A model generated the notes under the pieces. That model had not been told where the DNA came from. It saw nothing but the letters and a program-made list of their open reading frames with translations, and did not search any database. This document shows positions 61,010-64,000 of a stretch of 64,000 nucleotides of DNA, in pieces. Every line of letters begins with the position of its first letter. Positions within the stretch are counted from its first letter, which is position 1. This DNA is from Anthoceros angustus (Eukaryota; Plantae; Anthocerotophyta). The DNA lies in assembly GCA_010909165.1 (NCBI GenBank), contig VJWM01000144.1, positions 124,001-188,000 on the forward strand, written 5' to 3'. The position numbers were made by a program, and so were the translations under genes.

Positions 61010-63640
61010 TAATATTTGAAAGGGCTGAATATACATCAAGCGGCTTCATAGGCCAATATACGCTAAACAGGGTTTGTGATGGGTATCAAACTGGTTCTAT
61101 GGTACATAGATAGCGGAAAACATCGAAAAATTAGGGTGTTCCACATGTGGATCAAGGATCCATGGATGATGGTGGACCGGGAATGGTGTGCACGCTAACA
61201 CAATACATGATTCCAAGGGAATGGAGACCCATGCCGTATGAAATTGCATTACGCAGCGTATAAATCTGTCTTGTAGTAATTGAGGCTTATTTATGTATGT
61301 CCTCACGACCTCGCCAACCCAAAAGCGTAATACATGGACTTTCCGAAAGGAATACATCGGTTGCACCTCAATATGGAGGACACCGTGCCTGCGTCGGGTG
61401 AGGAGGAATGGGCGCATGCCGGCGCCCATTTTAACGCCATGGTCACTTGCTCGTCAGATGTGCAGAGTCAGTCGGGGTAATTCGCAGCATGCCGGCCATA
61501 TAGCCGTGACCCCGCTCCCTTGCAAGGTCATGAATGAGATGGTGCCGCCCGTCTCAACCGATGCCATAGTGAACTGAATTCTCTGTTTTGCGTGGTCCAC
61601 ATATGCGGAGGGCCTTAGTTTTTATCCCCGCTTCGCTCTTTGAGCAACACGCCTCAAACTATGGTTGGGGAAACAAAGTGTGATGAACCCTAGGGATTTG
61701 GGAACTCTAATTCAACTGCGACAATGTTCAATGAAGAAATCGATTTGATTCATGTAAGGGGCCCCGCATGCCCGTAGTAGTAACATTTTCTTTGGGATAC
61801 GGAGATAAAAAGTTCACTCATAACGATACTACGCTGGCCTCTTCCCATTGGCCATGACAACACCATCCAATCTATCTCTTCCTTGTACCAACCAAGAATC
61901 ACATCCTTACTCTTCGGACTCTAAACCTTCTTCTCGATCAACAACTTCATCACCATCATCCTCGCTATCGACATGCATCTATGGAGGAGGGCACGATATG
62001 AGGCCAAGAGCATTCAATTTCTCTTTGATTGCTTTCTTGTCTGCGTAGAGATGTTTCTGGATGTCACTTGAACCCATAATATACAATAATGGTTTTACGG
62101 ACGAAGAGCTTGGATGTTCGGAGGCTGAAACCTTTTCCGCCTTGCCTTTCAAAGGTGCTGCTATGTCGCTATCAGACATGAGAAAGTATTCCCCTACATA
62201 CTTCCCTTCAAAGGCATCTGTGTGTTCGGTCCGCCACCAGTGCACAAGGAAATATGGGTCAGGGGCGGTGAGGTGGACACCAACAACCTTGGCCACCCAG
62301 AACGCCCTATTGTGAGTATCGCCCTCACAAGGCGTTACAATGAACATACCTTTTTCAATCTCCATGATGTCACCATTCATCCTCTCCACTTCCTCATCAC
62401 TGGTCAACGCGTTCGATATGCTCCTGTGTACATGTCCCGTTGTGGCACATCCCAATAATGCTTCGTCGAGCCTCATCCGCACGCAAGGAGGCACATTTGC
62501 TTCGCGCTGCCCTATCATACCACTTCCACGGGTTTTCAAAACAAGTCCGATGTTATGGTCCACGATCGTTGCGATCTCCTCCGATCCTTCCAAATCATCC
62601 CACCACTCCCCTCAACAGCATTAACATAAGTTGGTAACTTCAGCATCCCTTTCTTCAAGTGATCTCGCCATCACGTGCACTCAAGCCTCCACTCCCTTTC
62701 TTGTCTTTTCGCCGCAATGCCATTAGGGAGTTGGGCGATGATGTTAGGCACAAACGACAAGAACTCAGGCCATCTTCGCTTCCCACAATGGAGAAGTCGA
62801 GTATTGTTTGCTCGAATGACCGTTACCTTTCCCGTCCCACTTTGTCTTCTTGGGTAATTTTGAACGTGTTGGAACGAAGGTTGTTTAACTTCCGTGACTT
62901 TGTACTTCGACCTCCTTCTCATTGCATCGGCCACACAAATGAACGGAAATCACAACTTCCGTCACCACCTTCACTCGGGTTCGTGTGTAAACTCTCAAAA
63001 TGTCCGCATAGTTGGTAGGGTTCTAGCCTCTTTGTGTTTCGGATGTTTGAGAAACAAGAAAACATTTGGTCGACTTGATCGTGTGTATGCCCAACAAGAA
63101 GAAAACCAACCTTCACCTTCTCAAACGTTCCCTGTACGAGCATGTTGAGGTAAGCAAAGAAGCATTCTTGTTCTCCGCATGTGTTGTCCAAATGCAAATA
63201 TAAAACTTTAGGAAGCAACCCTTCATAAGTGAGGATTACATCTGTATAATAGAAATCGTCAAATTTGCATCATTCCTCAAATTCGCATAGTGGAGATACG
63301 CCTTGAATGTGTAATTATGAATCATGCAACCCACTACATTACTGTAATCTTTCGTCTCTTTTAAGTCCTTTACCTTAAAATATGGGGAGCGTTTTTTCGA
63401 TCCATCCATCGATACATAATAACATATATTTGTGTGGCTCCTTGTACCCTTTTGTGCGATGCTTGTGAAGCTTTTCCGTTCATCCATCGAGACGGATACG
63501 ATGCTTATCCAAGCGCATCGATACCCGCACTCAAAGGAAAGTACAATGTTAGGACAAGAGTACAAGAACACACAGAGGCGGATGCAACTCGAGGCATGAC
63601 AAACAACGTGAAAGGTCGTTAACGTGCCATCGCCCCATTC
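61010..63640 (-). mobile_element. One end of a TIR DNA transposon carrying a transposase-like gene (61979-63640, minus strand)
   Basis: TIR-like TAATATTTGAAAGGGCTGAATATA at 61010-61033 and about 400 bp homologous to 33900-34372. Protein motifs YVSMDG, NDANLTI, VLYLHLDNTC, FLLVGHTHDQVDQMFS (RNase-H-like; I recall this as DUF7869/Sola1-like); C-terminal FWVAKV..LVHWW domain. Confidence 0.7.
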
Positions 63641-63647
63641 CAAATTT

Positions 63648-64000
63648 CCAAAGATGAAATGACCCACGAGGCTTACTGGAAGCACTTGATGTTCAAGGAT
63701 CCCTGCCAAGAAGATGATCGGAAGCAGTTCAAGATGTGCAGCCACCACTGCTGCTCGAAGATCATTCATCTGCAACTGGGACCACGCAACAGCGATCCTA
63801 CTGCACTGAGAAGTTGTGGCACAAACCTGTGAGCAGGACGGGATCCACTTCCAGCGTAGGGTACGTGTCGGAAGATGGCCATGCCTTCGAGTGCAGTCAC
63901 TTGAAATATGCTCCAAGCCATGTGGTGTTCGTCATCGACAGGTCTGGCTCTATGGGCTACAGACGTTAAGCCAACACTGGTGCAATTTGCAGCCTCCTTC
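63648..64000 (+). other. Fragment of the GTPase gene (pre-vWA linker and start of vWA), near-identical to copy 3 50814-51168
   Basis: Begins abruptly at CCAAAGATGAAATGACCCACGAGGC, fused to the transposase remnant; runs off the window. Confidence 0.9.

Overview
Eukaryotic, almost certainly land-plant, nuclear DNA. Evidence: a GT-AG intron with branch point, a PLS-class PPR gene, Ty1/copia elements and a MULE-type transposase; a non-seed plant such as a bryophyte is my inference. The consensus looks error-prone, with many single-base losses in homopolymers. The window is dominated by a + strand tandem array of one giant, nearly intronless gene (about 2,400 aa). Architecture: acidic N-terminus, conserved N-domain, beta-rich segment, helical region, beta-propeller-like region, VLIG/GBP-superfamily GTPase (GKQSSGKS, AGRCTDGVWM, DFEG), tandem Cys/His zinc-finger-like repeats, C-terminal vWA (MIDAS). 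There are three essentially full-length copies (4604-11871, 14028-21413, 44442-51693), a 3' partial copy (1-2266), a deleted pseudogene (52348-56351) and a fragment from 63648. Copy 2 is a chimera: 5' part and upstream flank match copy 3; 3' part and downstream flank match copy 1. Several exchanges map to one linker just before the vWA module. A PPR gene or remnant follows two of the copies. The spacer at 22.3-43.3 kb and the region 58.2-63.6 kb are transposon piles: two Copia families, a MULE remnant, a TIR element family linked to an uncharacterised transposase, microhomology-bounded tandem duplications and G-rich satellites. All alignments were done by eye and no database search was run.
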